A DNA stretch of 64,000 nucleotides from the human T2T-CHM13v2.0 reference genome, Homo sapiens, in NCBI RefSeq assembly GCF_009914755.1, contig NC_060936.1; one strand, given 5' to 3'. The position numbers were made by a program, and so were the translations under genes. Numbering within the stretch: position 1 is the stretch's first letter; every line of letters begins with the position of its first letter. The notes below the pieces were generated by a model. It worked only from the letters and a program-made list of their open reading frames with translations. It was not told the DNA's origin and did not search any database. Shown here piece by piece: positions 35,440 to 49,688 of this stretch.

Positions 35440-36070
35440 ATCATACATCATTCTCTGCAGGTACCTCGTCTGGGACTACCGGCTGGAGGTTGCCTCTTTT
35501 CTGCCAGGAGACTACAGTTAGGAAGTGACTCCTGTAAGAAAATCCGTCACGATTCAATATGGTCCTCGTCCTCGTAGGACACTCCAGGCACCTGCCTAGA
35601 GTAAGATGGCGCTTTTCGTAAGCACCTCTCCAGGACAGAGATTTCCATAACGAGAGTCACGCACTTGCAGGCCATCTTTGCCATTATCCAAGACGGTGAG
35701 CCGTGCAGCCTCATCGTTTCCAGGTTTCAATATGGCTCCCCGCGTCACCGAAAAGGTTAATCTCAGAAACTAACTTGAACTCGCGCGGAAGTGACGCAAC
35801 AGAAGTTGTCGCGCTTTGCATCTCCGCCTCCCGTGCTCCGCCTCCGGTCTTACGTTTCGCCCCCGGCAGCGCCGACAGCGGACCCAAGATGGCGACCGAG
35901 TTGGAGTACGAGTCTGTGCTGTGTGTGAAGCCAGACGTCAGCGTCTACCGGATTCCGCCCCGGGCCTCCAACCGCGGTTACAGGTACTAACCCCGAGGCG
36001 CTGCCGCACACGCGTACTCTGTCGCAGATGACAGCTTCCTTCTCAGCTAGCACGCTGTCCGTCCCTGCCA
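35440..36070 (+). promoter_or_regulatory. NECAP1: NECAP1 CpG-rich promoter / exon 1 region
   Basis: High CpG density; ETS-CRE composite CGGAAGTGACGC 35786-35797; YY1-type AAGATGGCG at 35603 and over the ATG; GCCATCTT at 35671. Confidence 0.85.
35889..35983 (+). CDS. NECAP1: NECAP1 coding exon 1 ([32 protein letters not shown])
   Basis: Strong Kozak aagATGG; donor gtacta at 35984; 95 nt. Confidence 0.96.
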
Positions 36071-36354
36071 CTACTACCTCTGTATTGTCACCTTGCTAGC
36101 CTCCCTACCTGGGTTGTCATCTCCCTGACCACCTGCTCCATCTCCACTCTGGACTGTCATCACCATATTTCTGCCGTTTTTTTTTTGTTTTGTTTTTTAT
36201 TAAATTACCACTCTGCGTTATTCCACTCTGCCTCTCCCGTAATCCCCTGGGGCACCCATCTGCTCCCCATCATGCACTTTCAGTCGTGCTTGCTCCATTG
36301 CCAGTCCCCTTTCATTCGCTCTTCCCTGCGTCCTTCAGCTTATCATCCTCATCC

Positions 36355-36356
36355 TT

Positions 36357-36413
<57 letters not shown>
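36355..36413. repeat. Compound (CT)n(CA)n microsatellite, NECAP1 intron 1
   Basis: Read directly. Confidence 0.95.
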
Positions 36414-36416
<3 letters not shown>

Positions 36417-38024
36417 TTCCAGTTCCCCATGCACATTTATGGGTAATCGTGTTGCTTGCCACTCTGGATTATCTGATTTATTTTTTGTACTGTTGTCAAT
36501 TTCGTCACCAACTGTCATCATCCACCATTCGGTTTTTCCTTCAGCAGTTTTACCAGTGAGCAAAGGTTATGATCATAAGCTTTACAACGGTTGTTCATTC
36601 TGTTTCTTCTCATTGTATTTTCTTGATGATTATATAGTATTTTCTGTCTTCCTTCCCTACCTCCCTTCTTAACCTCTCCTACACCTTTTCCCTCCAAAGT
36701 TGAGGCAGCATTTTTCTCTGTTGGGCCTAACTACCTACCTTGTAATCCAATGACTGTGAGGTTCTGAGGATGCTATAGGACATTATGTAGTTGAAAGACA
36801 GTTCACTGGGCTTCATGTTAAACCATATGAGTGTGAGCCCTTTCCAAGCCTCAATTTTCTCATCTGTAAAATAGAAAAAAAAACCTGTTAGTGATGATAC
36901 CTGCGCTCTTATAATGTGCTTAACAAGGGTTTTTGGGAGAGTAAAATTAAATCATATAATGGATGTGAAAGAATGTAGGAAATGCAATAAAGCAGTTACA
37001 AATACTATTTGTTTGTTCTTTTTTTTTTTTTTTTTTTTTTTTGAGATGTAGTCTCACTTTGTTGCCCAGGCCGGAGCGCAATGGCTCAATCTCAGCTCAC
37101 TGCAACCTCCGCCTCCTGGGTTCAAGCGATTCTCCTGCTTCAGCTTCCTGAATAGTTGGGATTACACGCATGCACCACCACACCTGGCTAATTTTTGTAT
37201 TTTGAGTAGAGATGGGGTTTCACCAAGTTGGCCAGGCTGGTCTTGAACTCCTGACCTTGTGATCTGCCCACCTTGGCCTCCCATAGTACTGGGATTACAG
37301 GCGTGACACCACGCCCAGCCGTCGTTTTTTTTTTTTTTTTTTTTTGTTAGAGAGGCAGGGTCTCGTTCTATCATCCAGGCTGGAGTGCAAGTGGTGCAAT
37401 CACAGCTCACGGCAGCTGTGTACTCCTGGGCACAAGGGATCCTCCTACCTCAGCCTCCCAAGTTGCTAGGGCTACAGGCATTGCCTCACAATGCCTGGCT
37501 AATTTTTAAATTTTTTTGTGTAGACAGGATCTTGATATATTTCCCAGGCTGGTCTCGAACTCCTGGCCTTAAGTGATTCTCCTGCCACAGCCTCCCAAAA
37601 TGTTGAAATTACAGGTGTGGGCCACTGCACCTGGCCAAGATACTGTTCTTATTCTTCTCTCTGACCCACATCATCATTGTGATTTTTCCTCCTGGCATTT
37701 ATCATTACCTTGGCTGAAAAGTTACCCTCTCCTTATGTCTGTTATTTTGCCCCTTACTGGCGTTTTATTCATCATGAATCAATATTTTTATGCTTGCTGA
37801 CCTGTGCGCTGGGCCCTGTGGGTTGCACCTTTGGCAAAGAGGTAGCAGTTCTGTTTTTAATAAGCTTTTAGTTGGACCCCAAACTGACCCTAAGTAGAAA
37901 TCAACATGCTTTTAGATGGTAGTTACAGGTACTATATGAGTCACTTAAACATCACCTTCTTTGGGAGGCCCTATGTGACCCTTCCATTCTGGTTTAGATA
38001 TGCACCCTGTGTGCTTCCATAGCA

Positions 38025-38260
38025 CCTTTTTCTTTTTCTTTTTTACTTTAAGTTCTGGGATACATGTGCAGAATGTGCAGGTTTGTTACATAGGTATGCA
38101 TGTGCCATGGTGGTTTGCTGCACCTATCAACCTGTCATCCTCGCCCCTCCCCCGAGAGGCCCCAGTGTGTGTTGTTCCCCTCCCTGTGCCCATGCGTTCT
38201 CACTGTTCAACTCCCACTTGTGAGTGAGAACATGTGGTGTTTGGTTTTCTGTTCCTGCAT
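38025..38260 (-). mobile_element. L1PA 3'-end fragment
   Basis: tactttaagttctgggatacatgtgcagaatgtgcagg...gtgagaacatgtggtgtttgg. Confidence 0.85.
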
Positions 38261-38582
38261 AGCACTTTATTCTTATCTCTATTCCAGGGCTCTTCATTTT
38301 GTATTGTAATGGATTACAGTGGATTGTACAATGGATTGTTTAGTCTCCTTTTTTCTCCAGGCTAGACTGTGAACAACTTGAGATCTTTTTAACTTTATAT
38401 TCCCAGGGTCTAGCACAGTATCTGGTACACTTTGGGCACCCTGTAAATGTTGACTGAAAGAAGAAATCAGTAGATTACACAGAGAAACCTAATCACATAA
38501 AGTGGCATTGATTGAACTGTTAAATAAGGTCAAATAGCTCATTACTTCCAACTTTAGGAGTTAAGACTCCTAAAGGATATGA

Positions 38583-38849
<267 letters not shown>

Positions 38850-39462
38850 TGATCCGCCTGCCTTGGCCTCCCAAAGTGCTGGGATTACAGGCGTGAGCCA
38901 CCGCACCCGGCCTACTTCAAGCTTTTTAAAACACCTCCCCTCTCACCCATCTTCTCTATCTTCACTTCTTAGTTTTCCACAACCTTTATACTTACATCAG
39001 TTAACTGCACTGAGCCATTAAAGCAGTTTCTTAATTTTCCTCTTTTTCCTGTTATCCTTCTGTGTTTTCCATGTCTACTGGCATTTTTTATCCTCCAAGA
39101 GGCACCTTATCATCAATCACTTTTTTAGTACAGCACATGAAGAGAGCGGAATTAAGTTTGAATAACGATATTTATTTGCTGGGTTACCTTTGGCAAATCA
39201 CCACTTTTGAATGTTAGTTTCTTCATTTGTAAAAATGACTATAACAATACTTACCTTGTAGGATCCTCTCACTTAATCTTCTTTTTTTTTTTTTTTTTTT
39301 TTTTGTTGTTGTTGAGACAGAGTCTCGCTCTGTCACCCAGGCTGGCGTACAATGGTGTGATCATGGCTCACTGCAATCTGTGCCTCCCAGATTCAACTGA
39401 TTCTCGTGCCTCAGCCTCCTGAGTAGTTGAGATTACAGATGTGCACTGCCATGCTTGGCTAA

Positions 39463-39639
<177 letters not shown>

Positions 39640-39985
39640 TAATAAATGCTTGATAAATGCTGGTTTTCTTTTTGTTTGCATAATCTTTCTTATTTACCAG
39701 AACCCACTTTATATTATAAGCAGGATTTATTCTCTAGGCTGACATTAAAGGACAAACTGGGCTTTTTAGAAAGCAGGAGGAATTTTTCCTTTGAGTGACT
39801 GGTAAGATTAGAGAGAATAATTGATTTTAATTCACCTAGTGTAAGCTGTTCGTTCCCAGACTTTCACTGACCAGACTTCTAGACTATGGGAAGGAAAATT
39901 TGGGTTGACAAGAAACTTATCAGGCTGAGTGCGGTGGCTCATATCTGTAATCCCAGGACTTTGGGAGGCCGAGGCGCACGGATCA

Positions 39986-40225
<240 letters not shown>

Positions 40226-40516
40226 TTACAAATGCTTAGAAAACAATCTGGGTGCGGTGGCTCACTCCTGTAATCCCAGCACTTGGGGAGGCCAAGGCGG
40301 GCGGATTTCCTGAAGTCAGGAGTTTGAGACCAGCCTGGCCAACTTGGTGGAACCCCGTCTTTACTAAAAATACAAAAGAAATTAGCTGGGCATGGTGGCC
40401 TGTGCCTGTAATCTCAGCTACTCAGGAGGCTGAGGCAAGAGAATTGCTTGAACCCGAGGTTGCAGTTAGCCAAGATCGCGCCATTGCACTCCAGCCTGGG
40501 TGGAAGAGTGAGACTC

Positions 40517-40559
<43 letters not shown>

Positions 40560-41046
40560 TAAATAAATGGTTAGAAAACAGTTTTCCAACCTATAAAACT
40601 ATTTTTTTTTTTTTAAAAATTCTTCACTACCCTCTTCCCTTGGCTAAATCAATATTAACCTCTATAATGCGTTTCAGTGTAATGAAAGAATAATGGACTT
40701 TAAAGTTAGGCATTATTACTTACTGTGTTATCCTTTCCATCATTTAGAGAGAAAGAGAGGTATGACAGGCTTTTCATGCCTATTTCACATATCTACTATA
40801 AGGACATAATAAGATGTACATTTGGAATCTTACTGTGAATCATCATAGTGGTTTTTTATTTATATATATATATAAAGTTTTATTACTAAGGTAAATGAAA
40901 ATTTGTAAGGTAAGTTAAAAGTATTGTCAGAGGACAAGCAAAATCAAGAGTTCTTTAGATTAGGTCTTGGAGTAGGAAAGGAACTAAGGCTCAAGGCTGA
41001 GGGAATCTGCTGCCATGAATATCCATTTACTTACAGAATTTGTTAA

Positions 41047-41314
<268 letters not shown>

Positions 41315-41759
41315 TGAGCTCTTGGTGGCATGATTATAATAAGTAATAACTCATTAATATAATAGATGAGGAACTTTAGAGCTCTCTAATCTGGATCAGA
41401 TTTAGGTACTTGAGGGTCTTTGAGGGCAGGGAATCAAGAGGGAAGAGAATGGGAAGGACTTATTTTACAGATCCTGTTCAAAACCTGTGCTAATTTTCAC
41501 TTTCATTTTCCTCCTTTCAGCTTTTTACCTCTCATCTTGTTAAACTCATTCTTGTTCAAATATACCTTGTGGTTGCTTTTTTAGTCTTTAAGTATTAGTC
41601 TTTGGTTTCTTAGAAGATGAATTATTAATAACTTTTACTTTGCTAATCTGTTTTCCATACTCCTGGCAAAACAAATCACAAATACAATGTTTTGTAAAAT
41701 TCATCATAAATAATCTTAGTTGTTGTTCAAGTTGATTATAACACGTTTTATAAATTTCT

Positions 41760-42830
41760 GATGTTTTCATGGCCGTTTGTATCTCCAGCCCAGATGTCTT
41801 TCTTGAACTCGTCTCATATATTTTACTGCCTACTCTACATCTCTTGAAAATCTACTAGACATCTCAAACTCAGCATATTTAAAACTGAATCCCTGATCCT
41901 TCTTCCTAGATGTGTTCCTTCTCATCTCAATAATTGGCAACTCTTTGCTCAGGCTAAACACCTTGGAGTTGTCCTTGGCTTCTATCCCCTATCTAATCCA
42001 TTAGAAAATCCTGCTGCTTTTACCCTAAATATATCCTTCTCTTCTATCCCATATCTAATCCATTAGAAAATCCTGCTACTTTTACCCTAAATATATCCAG
42101 AATATAGCCACTTCTGCTACCATTGTGACTTTTCTAGATTACTGCAGTAGTCTCTTAGCTAATCCCCCTGCTTCAGTCCTCTTATCCCAACAGCTTTTCT
42201 CCAGACAGCAGATGTAGTAATCTTTTTAGAATATAAGGGAGATCATGTCACACCTCTGCTTAAAATTTGTAATAGCTCTTTTTTCACTCAGAGTGAAAGC
42301 TGAAGTTGTTACTATGACCCACAAGGCCCTGCGTGATCTGGCCGTCTGTTACCTCTCCCACCTTGTCTCTTCCTCTGTTCTAACCACAGTGCTTCCTTGT
42401 TGTCTCTCAAACATGCCAGGCATGCCCCCACCGTAGCACCTTTGGGCTAGCTGTTCCTTATGTCTAGAATGCTTTTCCCCCAGACATCTGTATGGATAAC
42501 TCTCTTGCTTCACATTCTAGCTCACATTTCACCTTAATGAGACCTACCCCAACCACCCTCTTGAATGCTACAACTTGTTCATTCTCCCACTGTCTTCTTA
42601 ATCTTCCTAATTTGCCTCTACATTTTCTTTTTACCTTAGAACTCACCACTTTCTAAGATACTAATTATGCTGTTTATTATGTTTCTTTTTTATTTTCTAT
42701 CTTCTGTTAGGATGTAAGCCTCATGAGGGTTGGAATCTTTGTTTTGGTTGCTGTTGTATCCTAAGCATCTGGAACAGTGATGCATCTGTCCTAATAAGTA
42801 CTGTATAAATATTGATTGAATTCAGTGAAA
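41760..42830. mobile_element. L2 remnant containing a 62-bp tandem duplication
   Basis: catctcaaactcagcat, ctagattactgcagtag, aaatattgattgaat are L2-like. Confidence 0.7.
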
Positions 42831-42964
42831 GATAGTATATTTACTGATTTGGGAGGGCTCCCATTACCTAGGATATTTAATGTAGTAGACTTTGTTGTTA
42901 TCTGATTAGTAAAGCATGGTTATCTAGTATACCATCTATAGTTTGAAAATAGCATCGTTATGAG

Positions 42965-43397
<433 letters not shown>

Positions 43398-43533
43398 TGA
43401 ATTATTCTTGTTGATTAATAGGTAGAAAGAATAGGCAATCCAGGATAGGGAAATAGAAATACAGTCAAAGATTGTGGGTGGGCGTTAGTAAATTAAGGAC
43501 ATGTGCCTGAGGCTTCCTCTTTTCCTGTCCTAG

Positions 43534-43634
43534 GGCCTCTGACTGGAAATTAGACCAGCCTGATTGGACTGGTCGCCTCCGAATCACTTCAAAAGGGAAG
43601 ACTGCCTATATCAAACTCGAGGATAAAGTTTCAG
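43534..43634 (+). CDS. NECAP1: NECAP1 exon 2 ([33 protein letters not shown])
   Basis: tcctag acceptor, gtaatc donor; 101 nt; PHear domain. Confidence 0.96.
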
Positions 43635-43792
43635 GTAATCTTTGCGGGTGACCCTCTAACATTAAGAATATTAATTTGGTGTGCTTTTATAAGTACCTTC
43701 AATTTGGGGACTGGAATGGAAATACTACTTGTTAATTGGGGTTCTGGATTTTGGCTTGCTTTACTCAAAAAAGTCTTTCTCTTATCTGTCAG

Positions 43793-43897
43793 GGGAGCTC
43801 TTTGCTCAGGCACCAGTAGAACAATATCCTGGTATTGCTGTGGAGACGGTGACAGATTCTAGCCGCTACTTTGTAATCCGGATCCAGGATGGTACTG
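43793..43897 (+). CDS. NECAP1: NECAP1 exon 3 ([35 protein letters not shown])
   Basis: tgtcag acceptor, gtaaga donor; 105 nt. Confidence 0.96.
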
Positions 43898-44154
43898 GTA
43901 AGAGAACTGGGATTTTGAGTGGAACGAAGTTAGGAAAACAGGTGAATGCACAGCCATGAAAAGTGTTTCCGATTGCATTTATCTTTCTTTGGTTTACTTC
44001 ATTTTTTCTTCCCTTTCTCTAAAGTTGCTCTAGTTGCTAAAGGAAAAGTATTAACATGTTATTTGTAATAGATAAGCACGAGTTCAAGATGTGGTAATTC
44101 ATATGTAGACTTAAATAAATGAAAAACACATATCTAACAAATGAATTAACACAT

Positions 44155-44415
44155 TTGGCACTTTAGGAGGCCGAGGTGGGTGGATCACCTGAGGTCAGGA
44201 GTTTGAGGCCAGCCTGACCAATATGATGAAACCCTGTCGCTACTGAAAATAAAAAATTAGCCAGGCGTGGTGGCAGGTGCCTGTAATCCCGGCTACTCGG
44301 GTGGCTGAGACAGGAGAATCACTTGAATTGGGGAAGTGGAGGTTGCCGAGATCACGCCATTGCACTCCAGCCTGGGCAACAAGAGCAAAACTCCATCTCA
44401 AAAAAAAAAAAAAGA
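44155..44415 (+). mobile_element. Alu (5'-shortened) downstream of NECAP1 exon 3
   Basis: Sense Alu body with A tail at ~44399-44413. Confidence 0.85.
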
Positions 44416-44523
44416 ATGAACACTTTTTGCCCGTTTATTGTTCGTGGTAGTTTTTGGTGGGACTATCTTGAATCATCTTACGTGTGGGGCAGTCATTCTT
44501 ACTCTTTTCTCCATGGTCTATAA

Positions 44524-44735
44524 CAGAGGTTGGCAAACAGACAAATAATAAATGTTTTAGGTTTTGCAGGTCAGGTGGCCTCTGTTGCAACTACTCAGTT
44601 TTGCTGTTGTAGTGTGAAATCACTGTAGAAAATATGTAAACACATTGATACCACTATGTTCCATGAAACTTCTTCTACAAAACCAGGCTATGGCAGGATA
44701 AAGCCCATGGGCTCTATGTAGTTTATCGACTCTTG
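44524..44735. mobile_element. MER58A-like hAT MITE
   Basis: cagaggttggcaaac...gtttatcgactcttg termini; 8-bp TSD gtctataa/gtctatga. Confidence 0.8.
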
Positions 44736-44818
44736 GTCTATGAGAAGATATTTCACATTCAGACTTTGTCTAGTTAGGGTGACTGTTATATTTTCATTGG
44801 GCAAAATTTGCCATAGAG

Positions 44819-45321
44819 CAGCAGTCCTCAACCTTTTTGGCACCAGGGACCCGTTTTGTGGAAGACAGTTTTCCACAGACCGGCATTAGGGGATGGTTTC
44901 AGGATGATTCAAGTGCATCACATTTATTGTACACTTTATTTCTATTATTATTACATTGTAATGTATAATGAAATAATTATACAACTCACTATAATGTAGA
45001 ATCAGCGGGAGCCTTGGGCTTGTTTTCCTGCAACTAGACGGGGGTGATGGGAGACAGTGACAGATCATCAGGCATCAGATTCTCATAGGGAGCTCATAAC
45101 CTAGATCCCTCACATGTGCAGTTCACAGTAGGGTTCACACCCCTCTGAGAATCTAATGCTGCCACTGATCTGACAGGAGGCGGAGCTCAGGTGGTCATGC
45201 AAGTGACGGGGAGCGGCTGTAAATACAATGAAGCTTTGCTCTCTCGTGTGCAACTCACCTCCTGCTGCATGGCCTGGTTTCTAACAGGCCACAGACTGGT
45301 GCCGGGGGTTGGGGGCTCCTG
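44819..45321. mobile_element. MER1A-like hAT-Charlie element
   Basis: cagcagtcctcaacc...ggttgggggctcctg inverted termini; perfect 8-bp TSD ccatagag at 44811-44818 and 45322-45329. Confidence 0.88.
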
Positions 45322-45366
45322 CCATAGAGGATACTTCCTAGTCGAGTCTTCCTACGTTTTCCACAG

Positions 45367-45448
45367 GGCGCAGTGCTTTCATTGGCATTGGCTTCACAGA
45401 TCGGGGAGATGCCTTCGACTTTAATGTCTCCTTGCAGGATCACTTCAA
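45367..45448 (+). CDS. NECAP1: NECAP1 exon 4 ([28 protein letters not shown])
   Basis: ccacag acceptor, gtgagt donor; 82 nt. Confidence 0.96.
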
Positions 45449-45699
45449 GTGAGTGAAGCTTGTCCTTAGTTACGAGGCTGAATGCTTATAGGAATGCTGC
45501 TTCTCACATGAATGGGCAGTATCTCTTTTCCTCCTGGTTTCTTTGTTTCTTAAACTATTTCATTGTGAATATAAATCTCCCCATTCACTTTTGTTTCCTT
45601 AGGTCATCTTTGTATCTATTCTGTTTCCTTTCCTTATAGCCTGCAATATATTTCAGATCCCTTGTGCAGTAGTTTGAAATGATGCTCTGTCGAATTTGC

Positions 45700-46254
45700 C
45701 CCGTCTTTTAGGTGGTAGAGGGAGGCCTATGGTAACAGCAGGGCTTTATGTGGGGAGTCGTGTGCCACTCTTGTTACCTTATGTAGCTGACATGTTTTGT
45801 GACTTTTGCAACATTTCTTTAGCCCACTTGATTTTGGTGCAGCTGTGGTTGACAGCACTGTGCACACTGTCAGCTTCCTACCTCAAGAGCAAGCATATCT
45901 CTCCTTTTCTGCCTTAGGACTCTCTGAAGTTATAGAAAGCTAAGAGCAAGCTTTAACTTGGAAAGACTAAGAAACTAACACCCCCTCAGGAGCAGCCCTC
46001 AACTGTGGGGAATGGGAATTGGTGGCTAAATACCATCCTTCTGGAAGGGGCAATTCTAATACGTATTCCGTGAGATTTCTCAGAGAGTCCCCAGTGGAAT
46101 TGAACCCCAGTTGTTTTCTTTCTTGGCTTTTTTCCCTTCTGTTTCTCACTCTTTTTTATCTCTCACTGTGTTTTCTGGAATCTCATTTCATAAAAGTAAA
46201 TACACCCAAATTTGTATGTCAGACTCTGCTTTCAGGAAATCTCAAACTAAGATA
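45700..46254 (+). mobile_element. LTR16-like (ERVL) LTR remnant
   Basis: gagtccccagtggaattgaaccccagttg and terminal ctctgctttcaggaaatctcaaactaagata resemble the LTR16 3' part; 5' boundary uncertain. Confidence 0.6.
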
Positions 46255-46273
46255 ACTTGCTGTGTTCCCAAAG

Positions 46274-46382
46274 GTGGGTAAAGCAGGAATCTGAGATTTC
46301 CAAGGAATCTCAAGAAATGGATGCTCGTCCTAAGTTGGATCTGGGCTTCAAGGAAGGACAAACCATCAAGTTGTGTATCGGG
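46274..46382 (+). CDS. NECAP1: NECAP1 exon 5 ([36 protein letters not shown])
   Basis: AAG-type acceptor, gtgagt donor; 109 nt. Confidence 0.95.
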
Positions 46383-46469
46383 GTGAGTATGGTTTTTAAA
46401 AATTTTGTTTTCCTGTGCTTCCATAAGCCTATGACATCTTTCTCTTGCTCTTCTTTTTTTCTTTTGTAG

Positions 46470-46653
46470 AACATTACAAACAAGAAAGGAGGTGCTTCTA
46501 AGCCCAGGACTGCAAGGGGTGGGGGTCTGAGCTTACTCCCACCCCCGCCAGGAGGCAAAGTCACTATTCCCCCACCATCCTCCTCAGTTGCCATCAGCAA
46601 TCATGTCACCCCACCACCCATTCCGAAATCTAACCATGGAGGCAGTGATGCAG
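46470..46653 (+). CDS. NECAP1: NECAP1 exon 6 ([13 protein letters not shown]...LLPPPPGG...HGGSDA)
   Basis: ttgtag acceptor, gtaaat donor; 184 nt. Confidence 0.95.
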
Positions 46654-47014
46654 GTAAATCTAGTACTTCTAATTTTGAGAAATCCAATCTTATGTTTTAA
46701 TTAAGCAACACCTGTTTGTCAAGGAGAGTTAATGTTTTTGCTATGAAATAGCTCATGGTACTGACAAGGTGATTCTGTCAGCTTCTAGCAAGGAATCAAA
46801 GCTTTTCTAGTGAACTAAGAGTCATAGTATCTCATAGGTTCTTTGGCAGAAAATATTTGCTTATTAAAATGACAATTTCCTTCATTTTTTTCTTGGTTAG
46901 ATGCTTATAAGCTTTTGAGTCAGATGGACCAAGATTTTGGTCATGGCTCTGCTACTTTATATTTGAATGTGCTTGGTAAACATTACTTAAGTTTTTTGAG
47001 TTTCAATTGCCTTA

Positions 47015-47380
<366 letters not shown>

Positions 47381-47974
47381 TTACCACCCCAAGGTCATGA
47401 GGGTTAAATGATTGACAGCACCTAGCATAGCACTTGGAACATAGTAGGCATTTAGTAAATGTTATTAAACTTTCCCATTTCTTCACAAGAGCAATTGGGA
47501 GAAAAGAAGATATCTAGGTTTGTCCATACACTTTCATTCTTTCTTTCTGTTTGGTGGGAGAAAGAATAAATATGGTTATATCTTCTCATTTGAAAAATGA
47601 GAGCATTGGAACTGAGAAAAGAATTTTTCTGAGATTAGAGAACTGTGTCTTAGAATCTGAGAATTTTAACTTAATGTATTGGACAGTGCAGATAATTTGT
47701 TGAATTGATTACTAAGGGTAAGCTTTCTCTTTCTGGAATTTTTGAGGTGAAAATATTATAGCCTGCTTCTTTTGGTAAGTGTTGCCAGAAGCCACTGGGG
47801 ATAGTATCTAAGATTTTTTTTAAATTAAATTATTATTTTGAGATAATCGTAGATTAACATGCAGTTGTAAGAAATAATATGAAGAGATCCTGTTTACCCT
47901 TTTCCCAGTTTCCCTCAATTGGTAATATTTTGTGGAACTATTGTCAAGTATCACAAATGAAAAATTGATGTTGA

Positions 47975-48322
<348 letters not shown>

Positions 48323-48837
48323 TAAAATGCTGGGATTACAGGTGTGAGCCACTGCATCTGGCCAGTTCTTTGCAGTTTTGTCATGTGTAGGTTCATGGAT
48401 CCACCATCATTTCAGGTTATAGAACAGTTTAATCACTACAAAGATCCCCTGTGTCAACCTTACACAACCACACCCATCTCCCTCTCATCCTTTCTTCCCC
48501 CATTCCTAACGCTTGGCAATCACCAGTCTGTTCTCCATCTTTATAATTTTGTCACTTCAGGAATGTTCTATGAAAGGAATCATACAGCATGTAACCTTTG
48601 GGACAGGCTTTTCCCACTCAGCATAATTCCCTTGAGATTCATTCAAGTTGTGTGTCAATAGTCTGTTTCTTTTTATTGCTGAATAGTATTCCATGGTATG
48701 GATATACCAGTGTGTGTAACTATTGCCCATGGAATGACATCTAGGTTGTTTACAGTTTTTGACCATTATGAATAAAGCTGCCGTGGCATTTGTATACAGA
48801 TTTTTGTGCAAACATAAATTCTCATCTCCAAGATTTT

Positions 48838-49145
<308 letters not shown>

Positions 49146-49198
49146 CTTCCAAGATTTTGATTATGTTTTTCTTTTTTCTTTTCTTACCTTGTGTTTAG

Positions 49199-49301
49199 AT
49201 ATCCTTTTAGATTTGGATTCTCCTGCTCCTGTCACGACACCAGCACCAACTCCAGTTTCTGTAAGCAATGACTTGTGGGGAGACTTCAGCACTGCCTCCA
49301 G
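49199..49301 (+). CDS. NECAP1: NECAP1 exon 7 ([34 protein letters not shown])
   Basis: gtttag acceptor, gtaatg donor; 103 nt; WGDF motif. Confidence 0.95.
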
Positions 49302-49639
49302 GTAATGGGCATAGTGAAACTAGCATACTCTCAATCAGGGTGTAGGAGATATGTACAGTCAATTGAAATCTTTGATCTGGAGAAGCAATGGATATGCAGG
49401 TCACATAGAGTCTTTTGGAAGAGTTCTAGTGAAGGAAATATAGTAGTGCTGGGAATGGGGGGACAAAAAAGCTGTAGGATGAGGTTTGAGTGGGATATTT
49501 CAGGCCTTTGTAAGTAGAATTGCCATGAAGTGTGGTTTTGGAAATTCTAGGCAGTGATTTCTTAGAAACTATTAAGTAAAGAATGGAGTTGTTATCCTAA
49601 TATTATGTCTCTGGCTTTCTCTGTTCTCCTGTCTTGCAG

Positions 49640-49688
49640 CTCTGTTCCAAACCAGGCACCACAGCCATCCAACTGGGTCCAGTTCTGA
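49640..49688 (+). CDS. NECAP1: NECAP1 exon 8 coding part (SVPNQAPQPSNWVQF*)
   Basis: ttgcag acceptor; TGA 49686-49688; C-terminal WVQF AP-2 alpha-ear motif; the eight exons total 828 nt. Confidence 0.96.

Noticed and set aside
35703-35888. In-frame N-terminal extension of NECAP1 (ORF 35703..35990)
   Set aside because: Starts at GTG within the promoter, upstream of the likely TSS; the ATG at 35889 has a strong Kozak context.
36185-36672. 124-160 aa ORFs in NECAP1 intron 1
   Set aside because: Pyrimidine-rich, microsatellite-driven open frames with TTG starts.
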